Of a stretch of DNA of 59,122 nt, positions 1-9,779 are shown piece after piece. Source of the stretch: Candidatus Adlerbacteria bacterium RIFOXYC1_FULL_48_26 (GTDB taxonomy: Bacteria; Patescibacteriota; Minisyncoccia; Phycocordibacterales; SBAW01); contig MEXB01000012.1 in the NCBI GenBank assembly GCA_001773575.1, positions 1 through 59,122 on the forward strand, written 5' to 3'. The notes below the pieces were generated by a model. It was not told the origin of the DNA and did not search any database. It worked only from the letters and a program-made list of their open reading frames with translations. Each line of letters opens with the position of its first letter. Position 1 is the first letter of the stretch. The position numbers and the translations under genes are program-made.

Positions 1-532
1 GAGACTCCCCTTCGAAGTTAGGTTCAACGATTCCCCACTGCATCGTACCTGGGTCGAGTTTCAAGTATGCACTTTTACCAATAGAAGGTTGAGTCGTCAT
101 TGGGTCGGTCAGAGCGCGATCTGCGTAATTAAATACAACGACGTATTTTTGTTTTGGGTTCGTGCTCAAGTTTGTACTCTGCGGTGCAATTCTGTCGCCC
201 AAAAGATATCCATCTGAACCGACGTATCCGCGCGCAGTGTTCAGTGCCGCAACAGCGTAGTAGAAAGTTCCAGAGCCACCAGGATTTTGCGTAATGATAA
301 ACGCAATATCTTCACGGCCATCTCCGTCCAAGTCTGTCTTTATTTCATTTCCAAAATACGTAGTGCCGCCTTCCCCAAGTTTTACTTTCTGACCGTCTAT
401 AACATATTCTGCATTTTTGTAGTCTTTTACTCCCTCTGCTTGTTTCTCGTTATAGATATATGCGTTGAATGCATAAAACCCACCCACCAAAACAATAGCA
501 GCGCCCAGTGCCCAAAAAAGTATCTTATTCAT
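1..532 (-). CDS. hypothetical membrane-anchored/secreted protein (3' end runs off the window)
   Basis: My own minus-strand translation: ATG at 532-530, then MNKILFWALGAAIVLVGGFYAF... (N-terminal hydrophobic anchor). The frame stays open to position 2. It is missing from the ORF track because there is no in-window stop. The + ORF 287..595 is a low-complexity shadow. Confidence 0.55.
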   Translation of the reverse strand, partial: MNKILFWALGAAIVLVGGFYAFNAYIYNEKQAEGVKDYKNAEYVIDGQKVKLGEGGTTYFGNEIKTDLDGDGREDIAFIITQNPGGSGTFYYAVAALNTARGYVGSDGYLLGDRIAPQSTNLSTNPKQKYVVVFNYADRALTDPMTTQPSIGKSAYLKLDPGTMQWGIVEPNFEGES

Positions 533-562
533 ACAGTTAGTATATCGCGTGTTTTTACAAAC

Positions 563-591
563 AAAAAAGCCGCCCATAGGGCGGCTTTTTT
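563..591 (-). terminator. rho-independent terminator after csp
   Basis: Stem agccgccc (568-575) / gggcggct (579-586) with a 3-nt loop. An A-run at 563-568 gives a U-tract on the minus strand, directly downstream of the csp stop at 605. Confidence 0.7.
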
Positions 592-604
592 GTAACGAGA
601 GCGC

Positions 605-802
605 TTACGCGCGTACTACGTTGACGGCGCTTGGGCCTTTTTCACCTTGCTGAACTTCAAAAGACACCATGTCTCCTTCGCGAAGTTCATCAAACGTGAC
701 ACCGCTCAAGTCCTTAGAGTGGAAGAAGAGGTCCTTCGACTCGCCTTCGCGAGAGATGAAACCAAATCCGCGATCCGTCTTTGTTTTGATTGTTCCTGTC
801 AT
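605..802 (-). CDS. csp: cold-shock protein (CspA family)
   Basis: 65 aa. RNP-1-like GFGFI (RGFGFISREG) and the FFHSKDL motif. Typical size. Confidence 0.9.
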   Translation of the reverse strand: MTGTIKTKTDRGFGFISREGESKDLFFHSKDLSGVTFDELREGDMVSFEVQQGEKGPSAVNVVRA

Positions 803-890
803 ATTTTTTGCTTGTTTTTTCTTTGGAGAAATCCGACCCGTTTCTTTAGTCTCTTAGACCTTACTAGTATGACAGGTTTTAAGTTTTTGG

Positions 891-1139
891 CTAGGGGGTC
901 ACTTTTTTAAGCAATATAAGCTTCTTTTCCCTTTTCCAGCTTTTTATCTCAGCTTCCCGCTTTGAGGCGGACGATCTGTCGGGGTGCTCTTCTGTATACA
1001 CTATCTTGTCTACCTTCTGTGATCGTGTGTACCGCGCCCCTACCCCGGTTTTGTGTTCGTGGAACCTGCGTGTAACGTCAGTCGTAAGCCCCGTATATAA
1101 CGAGCCGTTTTTGCATTTGAGAATGTACACGTAGTACAT
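891..1139 (-). CDS. GIY-YIG nuclease superfamily protein (UPF0213-like)
   Basis: 82 aa. YVYILKC..GSLYTGLT..RRFHEH..ARYT matches the GIY-YIG core. Confidence 0.8.
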   Translation of the reverse strand: MYYVYILKCKNGSLYTGLTTDVTRRFHEHKTGVGARYTRSQKVDKIVYTEEHPDRSSASKREAEIKSWKREKKLILLKKVTP

Positions 1140-1145
1140 ATGGCT

Positions 1146-3755
1146 TTATCGTACTGAACTCATTTTTTGCCTATACCTGAAGAATCCTTTCGCCATCTCG
1201 ATCAACACAACGTTCAAGAGACCTATTACTGCCACACCCACAACCCACGCAAGTGGCAAGGCCACAGTATCGAAAACTTTTTGCAGTCCAGGCACATAGA
1301 TAGCCGCAGCCATAAGAACGAGACCGATGAGAATGCCTCCATTGAGGTATTTGTTTGAAAATAGCGGGTACGAAAATATGCTCCTGTCCAAACTTCGAAC
1401 TGAGAGAGCGACCAGCAGAGTGTACGTGCCGAACGCTGCAAAAATAAACGTGCGAACGATAGTCTCGTCGAAATTGAATTGCATTAGGACGTAGTAAATC
1501 ACAAAGAGCAGTATGCTGGTTGAAAGACCAATCGCAAGAATAAGAAATTTCATGACCGGATCAAACAACTGAACCTTCCCCCTTTTCACTGGCTTATGAG
1601 AAAGGCTGTCTGGCTCTTTTTCGAACGCATACGATACAGCTGGGAAACTATCCGTGAAGAAATTCACCCACAGGATTTGCAGCGCATTCAACGGCAGAGG
1701 TAACCCTGTCAAAAGCGACCCCCCAATAAGGATAAGGCCGTCGGTGACGTTAGAAAGAAGGTACACGAGCACTTTGCGAAGATTACTGAGGATTTGGCGA
1801 CCCTCTTCAATTGCTGCAACGATGGTTTCAAAATTATCATCAAGCAATACCAAGTCGGCAACACTTTGCGCCACTTCTGTACCGGAACCCATGGCGATAC
1901 CCACATCGGCTTGCTTGATACTCGGCGCATCATTGACTCCATCACCGGTCATAGCAACAACCTCCCCCATATCCTGGAAGAGCTTTGCAATACGAAGCTT
2001 ATCAAATGGCGTAACACGAGAAATGACGACGAGGTGCGGGAGACGTGCGCGCAATTCTTCCTCAGACAATGTAGAAAGTTCTGAGGCGTCGAGGGCCGAC
2101 CCATCATCGATATCCATACCAATTTCATTTGCGACTGCTATAGCAGTTCCCCGATGGTCGCCCGTCAAAATAACTGTTTTTACGCCGGCGCCCCGCACAC
2201 GACTAAGGGCATGTTTTATACCAGGACGGATCGGATCACGGAAGGTAATAAGACCATTGAACGAGAGGTGTGTGGGTGTGTCTTTTGAAAACGAGAAATT
2301 CTCCGTGTCAGTTATTTCTTTAGTTGCAAGACCAAGCACGCGCTCTCCGGAGAGAGCGAGGTCCTCAATGTGCCTTAGTATTGCCTCCTTTTCTTTTGCA
2401 TCAAGTGATGAGCGTTGCGCAAGAATATCCGGCGCACCAAGAAACACGACTATGTGTTTGCCATTCTCTTTGACTAATGATGCGGAGAATTTCTGCACAG
2501 CATTAAATGGCATGGTCTGGAGAATATGCTCTTTAGCGGTGATTTCTGCAGAGGCCATACCTTTAAGGCCGGCGGCGCGGACAAGAGCCGCTTCCATAAT
2601 CCTACCGTTCATGCGCCACGAGTCAGGGTCGTCGTTTGGATTTTCAATCAACACATTCGCATTGGTGAGAGCGCGTGTAAGTAGCTTCTGTTCATCGAGG
2701 GCACCGACAGGGATGATCTTTGACATCACCATTTTTGCCATCGTCAAAGTTCCAGTCTTATCGGTAAGGATAACGGTGGTACTGCCGAGTGCTTCAGCGG
2801 CAACAAGCTTTCGCACCACGCCCTTCCGTTTCGCCATTCGCTCAACACCGACAGCAAGAATGACGGTCATGGATATAGGCAACCCCTCCGGAATAGCAGA
2901 CACAGCAATCGCCACGGACGTAAGGAACATGTCGAGTGCGGAGTATCCAGCAAGAAGACCAAGACCAAACACTGCGAGGGTCAGAGCGCCAAGCGCAATG
3001 CTTGAGTGGACGCTAAATTTGATTATTGCTTTTTGAAGCGGAGTTTTTTCGTTCTCAGACGCAGCAATAAGCGAGGCGACCTTGCCGAGCTCGGTACTTG
3101 AATTCGTGCGACATACAATAGCTGTACATATCCCCTGCGTGACCAACGTCCCAGCAAAAATCATGGACGTTTGGTCTGAGAGCCCGGCCGACTCTGGCGA
3201 TGCATCTGTTGATTTTGATACTGGCAAAGATTCCCCTGTGAGCACCGCCTCATCAACCTGGAAGTCGTTGGCGAACATTACTCTAGCGTCCGCCGGAACT
3301 CGGTCACCTTGCGCCAAGCGAATAATATCGCCCGGCACAAGTTCTTCAGCACCTACCTCTCGCTCCTTTCCATCCCTAATAACTCGCGCCCTCTGCTTGA
3401 GATATGTTTTAAGTTCAGACAGTGCACGCTCTGCTTTATTCTCCTGATAGAAGCCCAGAGCAGAGTTGACAACTACTGCCACGAAGATAAAGATGGCATC
3501 TTGGTAATGTGAGATGGCGAGAGTGACGATGCCTGCAAAAATAAGAATTAGGATGAGCGGACTTTTCAGCTGATTGAGAAATATTTTCAGCCCAGGCATT
3601 TTCTTAGAAACGCTGATTGTATTGTTACCGAACGCCAAGAGGCGGCTCTGAACCTCTTGCGCAGATAAACCTTTTTCTATATCTGTTTCAAATACCTCCG
3701 CTGTTTCCTCAAACGAGAGGTGCCAAAAGTTTCTGTTCTGTATATCCGGATTCAT
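1146..3755 (-). CDS. cation-transporting P-type ATPase (P2, SERCA/PMCA-like, probably Ca2+)
   Basis: 869 aa. LTGESLPV actuator, IPEGLP in TM4, DKTGTLT phosphorylation site, TGDGVNDAPS hinge and about 10 TM segments. Confidence 0.9.
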   Translation of the reverse strand: MNPDIQNRNFWHLSFEETAEVFETDIEKGLSAQEVQSRLLAFGNNTISVSKKMPGLKIFLNQLKSPLILILIFAGIVTLAISHYQDAIFIFVAVVVNSALGFYQENKAERALSELKTYLKQRARVIRDGKEREVGAEELVPGDIIRLAQGDRVPADARVMFANDFQVDEAVLTGESLPVSKSTDASPESAGLSDQTSMIFAGTLVTQGICTAIVCRTNSSTELGKVASLIAASENEKTPLQKAIIKFSVHSSIALGALTLAVFGLGLLAGYSALDMFLTSVAIAVSAIPEGLPISMTVILAVGVERMAKRKGVVRKLVAAEALGSTTVILTDKTGTLTMAKMVMSKIIPVGALDEQKLLTRALTNANVLIENPNDDPDSWRMNGRIMEAALVRAAGLKGMASAEITAKEHILQTMPFNAVQKFSASLVKENGKHIVVFLGAPDILAQRSSLDAKEKEAILRHIEDLALSGERVLGLATKEITDTENFSFSKDTPTHLSFNGLITFRDPIRPGIKHALSRVRGAGVKTVILTGDHRGTAIAVANEIGMDIDDGSALDASELSTLSEEELRARLPHLVVISRVTPFDKLRIAKLFQDMGEVVAMTGDGVNDAPSIKQADVGIAMGSGTEVAQSVADLVLLDDNFETIVAAIEEGRQILSNLRKVLVYLLSNVTDGLILIGGSLLTGLPLPLNALQILWVNFFTDSFPAVSYAFEKEPDSLSHKPVKRGKVQLFDPVMKFLILAIGLSTSILLFVIYYVLMQFNFDETIVRTFIFAAFGTYTLLVALSVRSLDRSIFSYPLFSNKYLNGGILIGLVLMAAAIYVPGLQKVFDTVALPLAWVVGVAVIGLLNVVLIEMAKGFFRYRQKMSSVR

Positions 3756-3758
3756 GAA

Positions 3759-3938
3759 TTATTTCTTCCTAAAGCAGGAAATCTCGATGACGGCAGTAAC
3801 AATGGCCCAGACAATAAATATGTAGAGCCATGCATTCTCGTACTGGGTGTCTTTAAGCACTAGCGATGAACCGATCATCAACGCTGCCGCAAAAAGTGAG
3901 AGGCTCGTCGTTACAACTCGTTTAGATTTTAGGTTCAT
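3759..3938 (-). CDS. small hypothetical membrane protein (59 aa)
   Basis: My own translation: MNLKSKRVVTTSLSLFAAALMIGSSLVLKDTQYENAWLYIFIVWAIVTAVIEISCFRKK. Two hydrophobic stretches. It ends 4 nt before the ATPase start. It falls below the ORF-track size cutoff. Confidence 0.35.
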   Translation of the reverse strand: MNLKSKRVVTTSLSLFAAALMIGSSLVLKDTQYENAWLYIFIVWAIVTAVIEISCFRKK

Positions 3939-3947
3939 ACGGTAACT

Positions 3948-4310
3948 CTATTCAACCTCAGTTGTGAAGCCGCCGTAGGCAAAGCGCTTCATGTCGAATG
4001 GCATGTCAGGCATCTCGCCTTTCTTTTCAAATTCTGCCATTACTTTCTTGTTTACTTCGTTTCGGTGTTTCTTTGACTTAAACACGATGAATGAGAACCA
4101 TACCTCTTCTGAAGGTTTTGCCTTTGCCATTGTAGGAAATGTAAACGTTACGAACTTTGGTTTTACATCATCCGCGCGGCATTCTTTATAATCGAGCGCG
4201 CCAAACTTCTTCCACACAACTGCGGCCTCTTTTGCAATTTTCTTATATGCTGCGCGTTTTGTTTTTGGAACCGCGAACACAAATCCGTCTACGTATGTCG
4301 CCATAATCAT
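3948..4310 (-). CDS. DUF1428-family protein
   Basis: 120 aa. YVDGFV..VPK......Y..A......W...GAL...EC..DD pattern recalled from DUF1428 (YbaA-like). Confidence 0.65.
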   Translation of the reverse strand: MIMATYVDGFVFAVPKTKRAAYKKIAKEAAVVWKKFGALDYKECRADDVKPKFVTFTFPTMAKAKPSEEVWFSFIVFKSKKHRNEVNKKVMAEFEKKGEMPDMPFDMKRFAYGGFTTEVE

Positions 4311-4339
4311 TATTATTATCTATACCCCTTAAGTATAAG

Positions 4340-4828
4340 TTACAACTTTACCTCAAAGCTATAGGAACTTTCTGGGCTTGTTGGGAAGTTCTCATCAAAC
4401 GCACAGCTCCCCTCCTGAGGCTCTGAGCTGCGGCCAACTAGTTTTATGCTTTTTACCAATACCCCATCACTCTTATAACAATGGTCCAGGTAGCTGTCGG
4501 CTCCAGATGCCGCCGTACCTCCAGCGCTGTGGTGGACATAAAACGCGTGGCCGGCAGTATCTACACCCGCTACTTCATACTGTTCAAAGCCTTTGCTTGA
4601 TGCACACCTAAACTCAGAAATATTCTTTAGATCAAACGGTGGTGTATTTAATTCAAGGTCAGCATAACCGCTCAACGCATTGTCCATAAACGCATCGAAG
4701 CACGCAACGTTTGAAGGAGGAAATGCGCGCACTGAACGCGATTGGAAGATGATGTATAGAAACACTAGCAAGCCAACAAATATGACTCCTGATACTAAAC
4801 CCGCTTTTATAGTTTTACTTCTTTTCAT
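4340..4828 (-). CDS. hypothetical membrane-anchored protein
   Basis: I took the start at the internal ATG (MKRSKTIKAGLVSGVIFVGLLVFLYIIF, signal-anchor). This removes the overlap with the upstream gene. The track's 4921 start gives an unlikely N-terminus. Confidence 0.5.
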   Translation of the reverse strand: MKRSKTIKAGLVSGVIFVGLLVFLYIIFQSRSVRAFPPSNVACFDAFMDNALSGYADLELNTPPFDLKNISEFRCASSKGFEQYEVAGVDTAGHAFYVHHSAGGTAASGADSYLDHCYKSDGVLVKSIKLVGRSSEPQEGSCAFDENFPTSPESSYSFEVKL

Positions 4829-4844
4829 TACTTCAATTACTACA

Positions 4845-5360
4845 TTACATCTTCCGGCTGTCGTACGCCCAGTGCAAAACTGCCTGGCGCTGTTTGGTGT
4901 GACAGTCAGAATCTCCTGCACGGCAATTATTTTTTATTTGCGCAATGTGGCGGCGCATCGCGACCCATCGTTTGATCTGTCGATCGTCATCGGAACTTCG
5001 ACGGCCCATGTAATACCGGCAATACCATTGGAACCAGCCGCGCGGGTCGTCCTTATATATCCAGCCCTTCTTGCGCCATACGGAAAGTGGCTGGCTTGCA
5101 TTTACACCAAAGAAGTTACGCTTCGCATCGGGCGCATAGACACCCTCCTTTTGAAATTTTGCTTTAGTAAACCAATCCTTAGGAAATTCTTTAACGCAGT
5201 CGCGCATATATACACCGCCAAATACTCCGAGTGCGAGCATTTGCTTGGGTATAAGGTCGGGCTTAAATCGAGTATCAAAATTTTTTCCCGCAGGCTCGGT
5301 CAGCGCGTACGCGTACCCCTTCTGCATCTTGTCGTGTACCCGAACAGTCTTGGTCGCCAT
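4845..5360 (-). CDS. conserved hypothetical protein (Trp/Arg-rich motif DPRGWFQWYCRYYMGRR...RQIKRW)
   Basis: 171-aa ORF with protein-like composition. I could not name a family. Confidence 0.6.
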   Translation of the reverse strand: MATKTVRVHDKMQKGYAYALTEPAGKNFDTRFKPDLIPKQMLALGVFGGVYMRDCVKEFPKDWFTKAKFQKEGVYAPDAKRNFFGVNASQPLSVWRKKGWIYKDDPRGWFQWYCRYYMGRRSSDDDRQIKRWVAMRRHIAQIKNNCRAGDSDCHTKQRQAVLHWAYDSRKM

Positions 5361-5402
5361 GTGTAGATAGTATACAAGCTCGGTACGTTCCCTACAGAAC
5401 GC

Positions 5403-5433
5403 AAAAGAAAAGGCCGGCGATTTCTCGCCGACC
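5403..5433 (-). terminator. rho-independent terminator
   Basis: Stem 5412-5420 / 5425-5433 (ggccggcga / tcgccgacc, one mismatch). The a-rich run 5403-5411 gives a U-tract on the minus strand, directly after the stop at 5435. Confidence 0.65.
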
Positions 5434-5434
5434 C

Positions 5435-6298
5435 TTATGTCTTGTAGTAGAGCTCGTGTTGAGCAATAAGCTCCTCTATCGCAAAGCGGATTATCGCATC
5501 GCGCTTAGAAGCAAAGAGGACCGGACAACCGCGGTCTTCAGTGCGGCCATTCTGGTCTTCCTTGAAGTTCTGTTCCTGCGCGCGCTCGTGTATCACGTCT
5601 ATAAACTTAGGGAGAAGAAAGAGCCCGTCGTTCTCCCCCAGACCCATGAGACGCGAATCCAGAACTGTATCCGGCTTCAAGATAAAGCCCTCTTCGATAG
5701 GTCCTGTAGCTAGGTTCATCGTAAGGAGAAACGTGATGACCATATCCATCCCGATAATCTGCAGAATGAACTTGGGCATATGTTCACGCAGTGCTTTGTA
5801 GAAAAGCACCGGCGCATAACGCTCTCCATACTTCTCTCGAAGAAGCTCCTCGTATACTCGTGCATACGCAGGGAGAAACATGTAGAGCTCCATACTCTCC
5901 GGCGGCGTCGGGTGGCCCCACATCACAAGTGTGAGGTACGCAGCCTCCTTGTCGGTAAGCTCGCGGTCGGGTTGTTCTGCAAGGGAGGCATCGACTTCGC
6001 AGCCGATTTCTTCCCAGATACGCAGCTCTTGAGTAGACGTTGCGTCCGTATATGCGCGATTGAATTCCGCATAGAATTCTCCGAAGCGCGACAGCGCAGG
6101 ACGCCTAAACTTTTCCATAAGCCGTGACTCAATATGACTAATGAGCACTGCCTGTGCCGCATTACTCATGTCCTGACCTTCTGGTAGATCTCGTGGAATG
6201 AGAACCACACCTTCTTTAATCTTGGCAGGATAGTCTCGCCAGAAGCCCCTACGCAGGGGCAACGGCTTGTACCGCTTCCCGTGGGGACATCCACTCAT
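5435..6298 (-). CDS. hypothetical protein
   Basis: 287-aa ORF. Strong SD (GAAGGAGAG) 5-6 nt upstream of the ATG on the minus strand. It has its own terminator. No recognisable motifs. Confidence 0.65.
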   Translation of the reverse strand: MSGCPHGKRYKPLPLRRGFWRDYPAKIKEGVVLIPRDLPEGQDMSNAAQAVLISHIESRLMEKFRRPALSRFGEFYAEFNRAYTDATSTQELRIWEEIGCEVDASLAEQPDRELTDKEAAYLTLVMWGHPTPPESMELYMFLPAYARVYEELLREKYGERYAPVLFYKALREHMPKFILQIIGMDMVITFLLTMNLATGPIEEGFILKPDTVLDSRLMGLGENDGLFLLPKFIDVIHERAQEQNFKEDQNGRTEDRGCPVLFASKRDAIIRFAIEELIAQHELYYKT

Positions 6299-6373
6299 GA
6301 CGATCTCTCCTTCAATAACGTTCCGTCAGGACAATAACAAAGTTTCAAAAAATTGAAAGGTTATTGCAGATTT

Positions 6374-6595
6374 CTATTCTTTAATTTCTATAATCTTAGA
6401 CGGTGTCTTGTGTCCTCGGATGATACGCACATGAGACTTGGGTACACCAAAATGCGTGGCAACAAGAACTACAACTCGTGCATTCGCAGCACCTTGTTCG
6501 GGTTTCTCTTTAACAGAGATTTTGAGCCGCTTAGCTGAAACTTCTTCAACCACGTCTTTCCTGGCACCCGCTGTTACTCGTACACTTAGTTGCAT
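6374..6595 (-). CDS. DUF167 (YggU-like) protein
   Basis: 73 aa. V.V.AGA.K......+L.I.V...P..G.AN pattern typical of UPF0235/DUF167. Confidence 0.7.
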   Translation of the reverse strand: MQLSVRVTAGARKDVVEEVSAKRLKISVKEKPEQGAANARVVVLVATHFGVPKSHVRIIRGHKTPSKIIEIKE

Positions 6596-6600
6596 CGATA

Positions 6601-6975
6601 TTACTTCGCTTGTCGTTTTATCTTCTCCATTGGCCTTCCCTTTGCCAGCTCGTCGATGAGTTTGTCCAAGTAACGCACCTCGCGCATGATAGGATCTTCA
6701 ATTTCCTCCACTCGCACGCCACAAATCATTCCAGTAATAAGTTTGCGTGAGGGGTTGAGCTTTGGCGCCTCTTTAAAGAAAGTCTCAAAGTTTGTTTGCT
6801 TCTTGACCTGTGTACCCAACTTACTCTGGGTATATCCAGTAAGCCAACGGATGACCTCATCAACCTCGTCTTTTGTTCGACCCTTCTTTTCTGCCTTTGC
6901 GATATACAACGGATAGACCTTTGCAAAGGCCATTGCGTATACGCGCTTGAGAGTTGCTTCGCTTGCTGGCTTCAT
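6601..6975 (-). CDS. DUF2200-family protein
   Basis: 124 aa. [29 protein letters not shown] matches my memory of DUF2200. Confidence 0.65.
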   Translation of the reverse strand: MKPASEATLKRVYAMAFAKVYPLYIAKAEKKGRTKDEVDEVIRWLTGYTQSKLGTQVKKQTNFETFFKEAPKLNPSRKLITGMICGVRVEEIEDPIMREVRYLDKLIDELAKGRPMEKIKRQAK

Positions 6976-6990
6976 CCGTATATTTCTTTA

Positions 6991-7326
6991 TTACATCTGG
7001 CGCGCTTCCATTATTTCAATGGTTGCTCCAGGAATACCAAAGTGAGGATGGTCTTTGAAAAGTTCTGCTACGGCTTCTGCAGACTCTCCCTGTACATACG
7101 ACGAGAGCATCATGTCATTTTTTACGTCCTCTACACCAGATGCGCTTACGCGCTTTGTCTTTCCAAGGGCAATTGTGTTGAGGATTGAGTCCTTGTGGGC
7201 AAGCACCCATGCATCCCAATCGGCTTTCATTTTTGCCTCTTCATCTTTACGCTCTGCTTCCGGTTTCTTCATCCACTCCTCCATACCTGCTGCCGGTGCC
7301 ATGTATATAACTGTAAAATTTTTCAT
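6991..7326 (-). CDS. hypothetical small protein (111 aa)
   Basis: Start reassigned to the ATG at 7326-7324 (MKNFTVIYMAP...). The longer track ORF to 7629 overlaps the divergent pseudouridine synthase gene and has an implausible N-terminus. Confidence 0.55.
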   Translation of the reverse strand: MKNFTVIYMAPAAGMEEWMKKPEAERKDEEAKMKADWDAWVLAHKDSILNTIALGKTKRVSASGVEDVKNDMMLSSYVQGESAEAVAELFKDHPHFGIPGATIEIMEARQM

Positions 7327-7407
7327 ATAGTTCAGTTTAACATCAAACGATGATTTTTCTGTTATGTGTAGTAATAAACTCAGCTTACTGATATACATAC
7401 AGAATAT

Positions 7408-8100
7408 ATGGCAGATTTCCCTATGAGGATCAACAAATATCTGGCGTTTAAGAAGCACTCGACCAGACGCGAGGCGGATACGCTTATTGAGCGAAAACTT
7501 GTAACCATCAACGGAGTATACGCAAAGCTTGGTGACAAAGTATTGGAGACGGATGTCGTACAGGTAGATGCGCCAGAGCGAGTATATGAATACTACGCCT
7601 ACAATAAACCGCGCGGCGTTATTACCCACTCACCCCAAGGTGATGAAGTGTCCATTGCCGACAGCATCCATATGCCTTGGATATTCCCCCTCGGCAGGCT
7701 CGATAAAGATTCAGACGGTCTTATACTCCTTACAAATGATGGCCGCGCGACCAATGCCCTACTTAACCCAAAGCATGAGCATGAAAAAGAATATGTTGTC
7801 ACGACATTGGACAGGCTGCCGAAAGATTTTAAACGAAATATGGAACGCGGCGTCGACATTGGCGACTACGTTACAAAAAAGTGTTCGGTACAGATATTGA
7901 GCGACAATAGCTTCTCGATTGTTTTAACCGAGGGCAAAAAACATCAAATCCGCCGCATGTGCGGAGCCTTTGGCCAAAGCGTCACCAAACTTACCCGTGT
8001 GCGAATTATGGACATACGTCTTGGCAACCTAAAAGAAGGTGCGTATCGAGCAATCCAAAAAACAGAACTCAGTACTTTTCTACAGGCAATTGGGCTGTAA
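7408..8100 (+). CDS. rRNA pseudouridine synthase (RsuA/RluB/RluF family)
   Basis: 230 aa. N-terminal S4-like domain (RINKYLA...SRREAD.LI) and the catalytic motif LGRLDKDSDGLILLTNDG. KHQIRRM near the C-terminus. Confidence 0.88.
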   Translation: MADFPMRINKYLAFKKHSTRREADTLIERKLVTINGVYAKLGDKVLETDVVQVDAPERVYEYYAYNKPRGVITHSPQGDEVSIADSIHMPWIFPLGRLDKDSDGLILLTNDGRATNALLNPKHEHEKEYVVTTLDRLPKDFKRNMERGVDIGDYVTKKCSVQILSDNSFSIVLTEGKKHQIRRMCGAFGQSVTKLTRVRIMDIRLGNLKEGAYRAIQKTELSTFLQAIGL

Positions 8101-8170
8101 AAAGAAAGAGTCTTTAATTACACAATACTTTTTCTTATTTTGAGGTGCCTGACCCTGATTCCGGGTAATT

Positions 8171-9730
8171 TTATTCGCCTCTTGTGATGAAGTCAAAAAA
8201 CTTCTGTGTTTTACGATAACGAAATCGATAATAAATTTCTTTATACCAAGGAATTTTAGGTGGTTTTGGATCATTGGTTATTTGAAAATCTAAATCAGAG
8301 TATTGAGATCCTATTAACTGGAGAGTAAGATTTGTCACTCTGACGACATCTTCTAAAACCCCAGGCAATACATAAAGATTAACCGAGGGCATGAGGTGAA
8401 GACGGTGCAAAGGATTAGCACAAATTGCAAAGCTGGATTCGCGAATTGCCCCCCAATTACCGTGAGAAAACGACGAAGTCCAATCGTAATAAGTATCGTA
8501 GAGATCCTTACAATCAGCTTCTTCGCTCATTTTTCTTAAATCAGAACTTGCCCAGTGACTAAGTTCTATGTCAGAAAACTCTTCCCATCTATCTTCATTG
8601 GCAATATCTTTTAGAAACTCCTCATCGATAAAGCTAGGTTTATCTTTTAAATCTCGCGTCTTCAAATAACTCAACTTCATTTTTCCTATTCCATAGTCTC
8701 TGAAATCCTTCCACACTTTTGGGTCATCTTTTTTTATCAGATAGGCAAGAGTGATGTAACACTCAACGATAGACCTGAGTACGATTCTACCGATTACCCC
8801 TCTGGATAAATTTGTAGCAACCAATTCATCTACCAAACGAAGGGCATAAAATCCGAGTCCAAAAATTGAATCGTGTCTCGGTTCAACGTCACTTGATTCA
8901 TCAGTTTTCAGGTAATGCAATAACAATAAGTGTCTTATACGATTTACCTGATCATGACTCACCCGAATTGCATCCTTTCGTTGCTCCCTCCTTGGGAAAG
9001 GTGAGCATATTGTAGACTGAAGACATGCTTTCCAAAACCGCTTGGGCCATTCGTTTTTTTCTTCACCATTGCGCATGTTCATGCTAATTTCTGAAGAACG
9101 TATAAATGGACGGATGTGTCGAAGATCGCCATAATTTGGATATTCTAAAACTCCACGTAGAGTTTCATGGATGCCTTCAATAGAATTTGAAAATTTAATC
9201 TTACCGCCATGGATTTCACACAGGAATCTGATCCATCGACAATCTGTCGCTCCTTGCGACTGATGCCATAAAGTTGCCTGCACAGCCCTGGCAAGATGAT
9301 CTGCAACTTGTCTTTCATCCGAAGGACTACCAAATACTTCGACCCACTCAGGATGAGCAGGGAGTTCTGTAAAAATTGCTATAGACTGCAGAACTTTCTG
9401 TGTATCGGGGTGAGAATTTTTGAGTAAGTTAAGAAGTTCAAGTCGTTTTTCTTTTGACCACTTTGCCATCCCTGACTGAGTTACATCACACAACTCAGGA
9501 CTTCTCTTAACAAATAAGGCTACTTTGCGAAAGATATCAAGCGCTTCTTCTCGTTTTAGATTTCCAACAAGCAATGTAGCCCATAACATTTCAGGCAAAC
9601 GGTCATCCTTCCAAGAAGCAGGTGTCATTCCTGTTAGCTGACGGAATGGTGGTTTAAGAATAGAACCATCCCTCTTATGCTTGGAAAGGTCAGTCGATTT
9701 TATTTCCTTATCTTCTGATCCTTCTGACAT
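8171..9730 (-). CDS. large hypothetical protein, possible DUF5677/AbiV-like (HEPN-type) C-terminal module
   Basis: 519-aa ORF in a visibly AT-rich stretch. C-terminal helical segment LRSIVECYITLAYLIKKDDPKVWKDFRDYG...SSFSHGNWGAI. Contains an RHLLLLH (R-x5-H) string. The family call is from memory only. Confidence 0.6.
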   Translation of the reverse strand: MSEGSEDKEIKSTDLSKHKRDGSILKPPFRQLTGMTPASWKDDRLPEMLWATLLVGNLKREEALDIFRKVALFVKRSPELCDVTQSGMAKWSKEKRLELLNLLKNSHPDTQKVLQSIAIFTELPAHPEWVEVFGSPSDERQVADHLARAVQATLWHQSQGATDCRWIRFLCEIHGGKIKFSNSIEGIHETLRGVLEYPNYGDLRHIRPFIRSSEISMNMRNGEEKNEWPKRFWKACLQSTICSPFPRREQRKDAIRVSHDQVNRIRHLLLLHYLKTDESSDVEPRHDSIFGLGFYALRLVDELVATNLSRGVIGRIVLRSIVECYITLAYLIKKDDPKVWKDFRDYGIGKMKLSYLKTRDLKDKPSFIDEEFLKDIANEDRWEEFSDIELSHWASSDLRKMSEEADCKDLYDTYYDWTSSFSHGNWGAIRESSFAICANPLHRLHLMPSVNLYVLPGVLEDVVRVTNLTLQLIGSQYSDLDFQITNDPKPPKIPWYKEIYYRFRYRKTQKFFDFITRGE

Positions 9731-9779
9731 AATGTGCTCTCAGGATTTTTAAGTCGTTTAATTACCAGCTCCTTGGGAG

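Noticed and set aside
1654-3036. 460-aa + strand ORF
   Set aside because: It is entirely antisense to the P-type ATPase, whose DKTGT, TGES and GDGVND motifs are unambiguous. The translation is Ser/Arg/Pro-rich shadow sequence.
8145-8166. Possible degenerate copy of the tRNA-Gln 3' end at the far edge of the low-GC islet
   Set aside because: Only 12 of 22 positions match in my hand alignment (gtgcctgaccctgattccgggt versus ctgccagactaggattcgaacc). That is too weak to call an att repeat.
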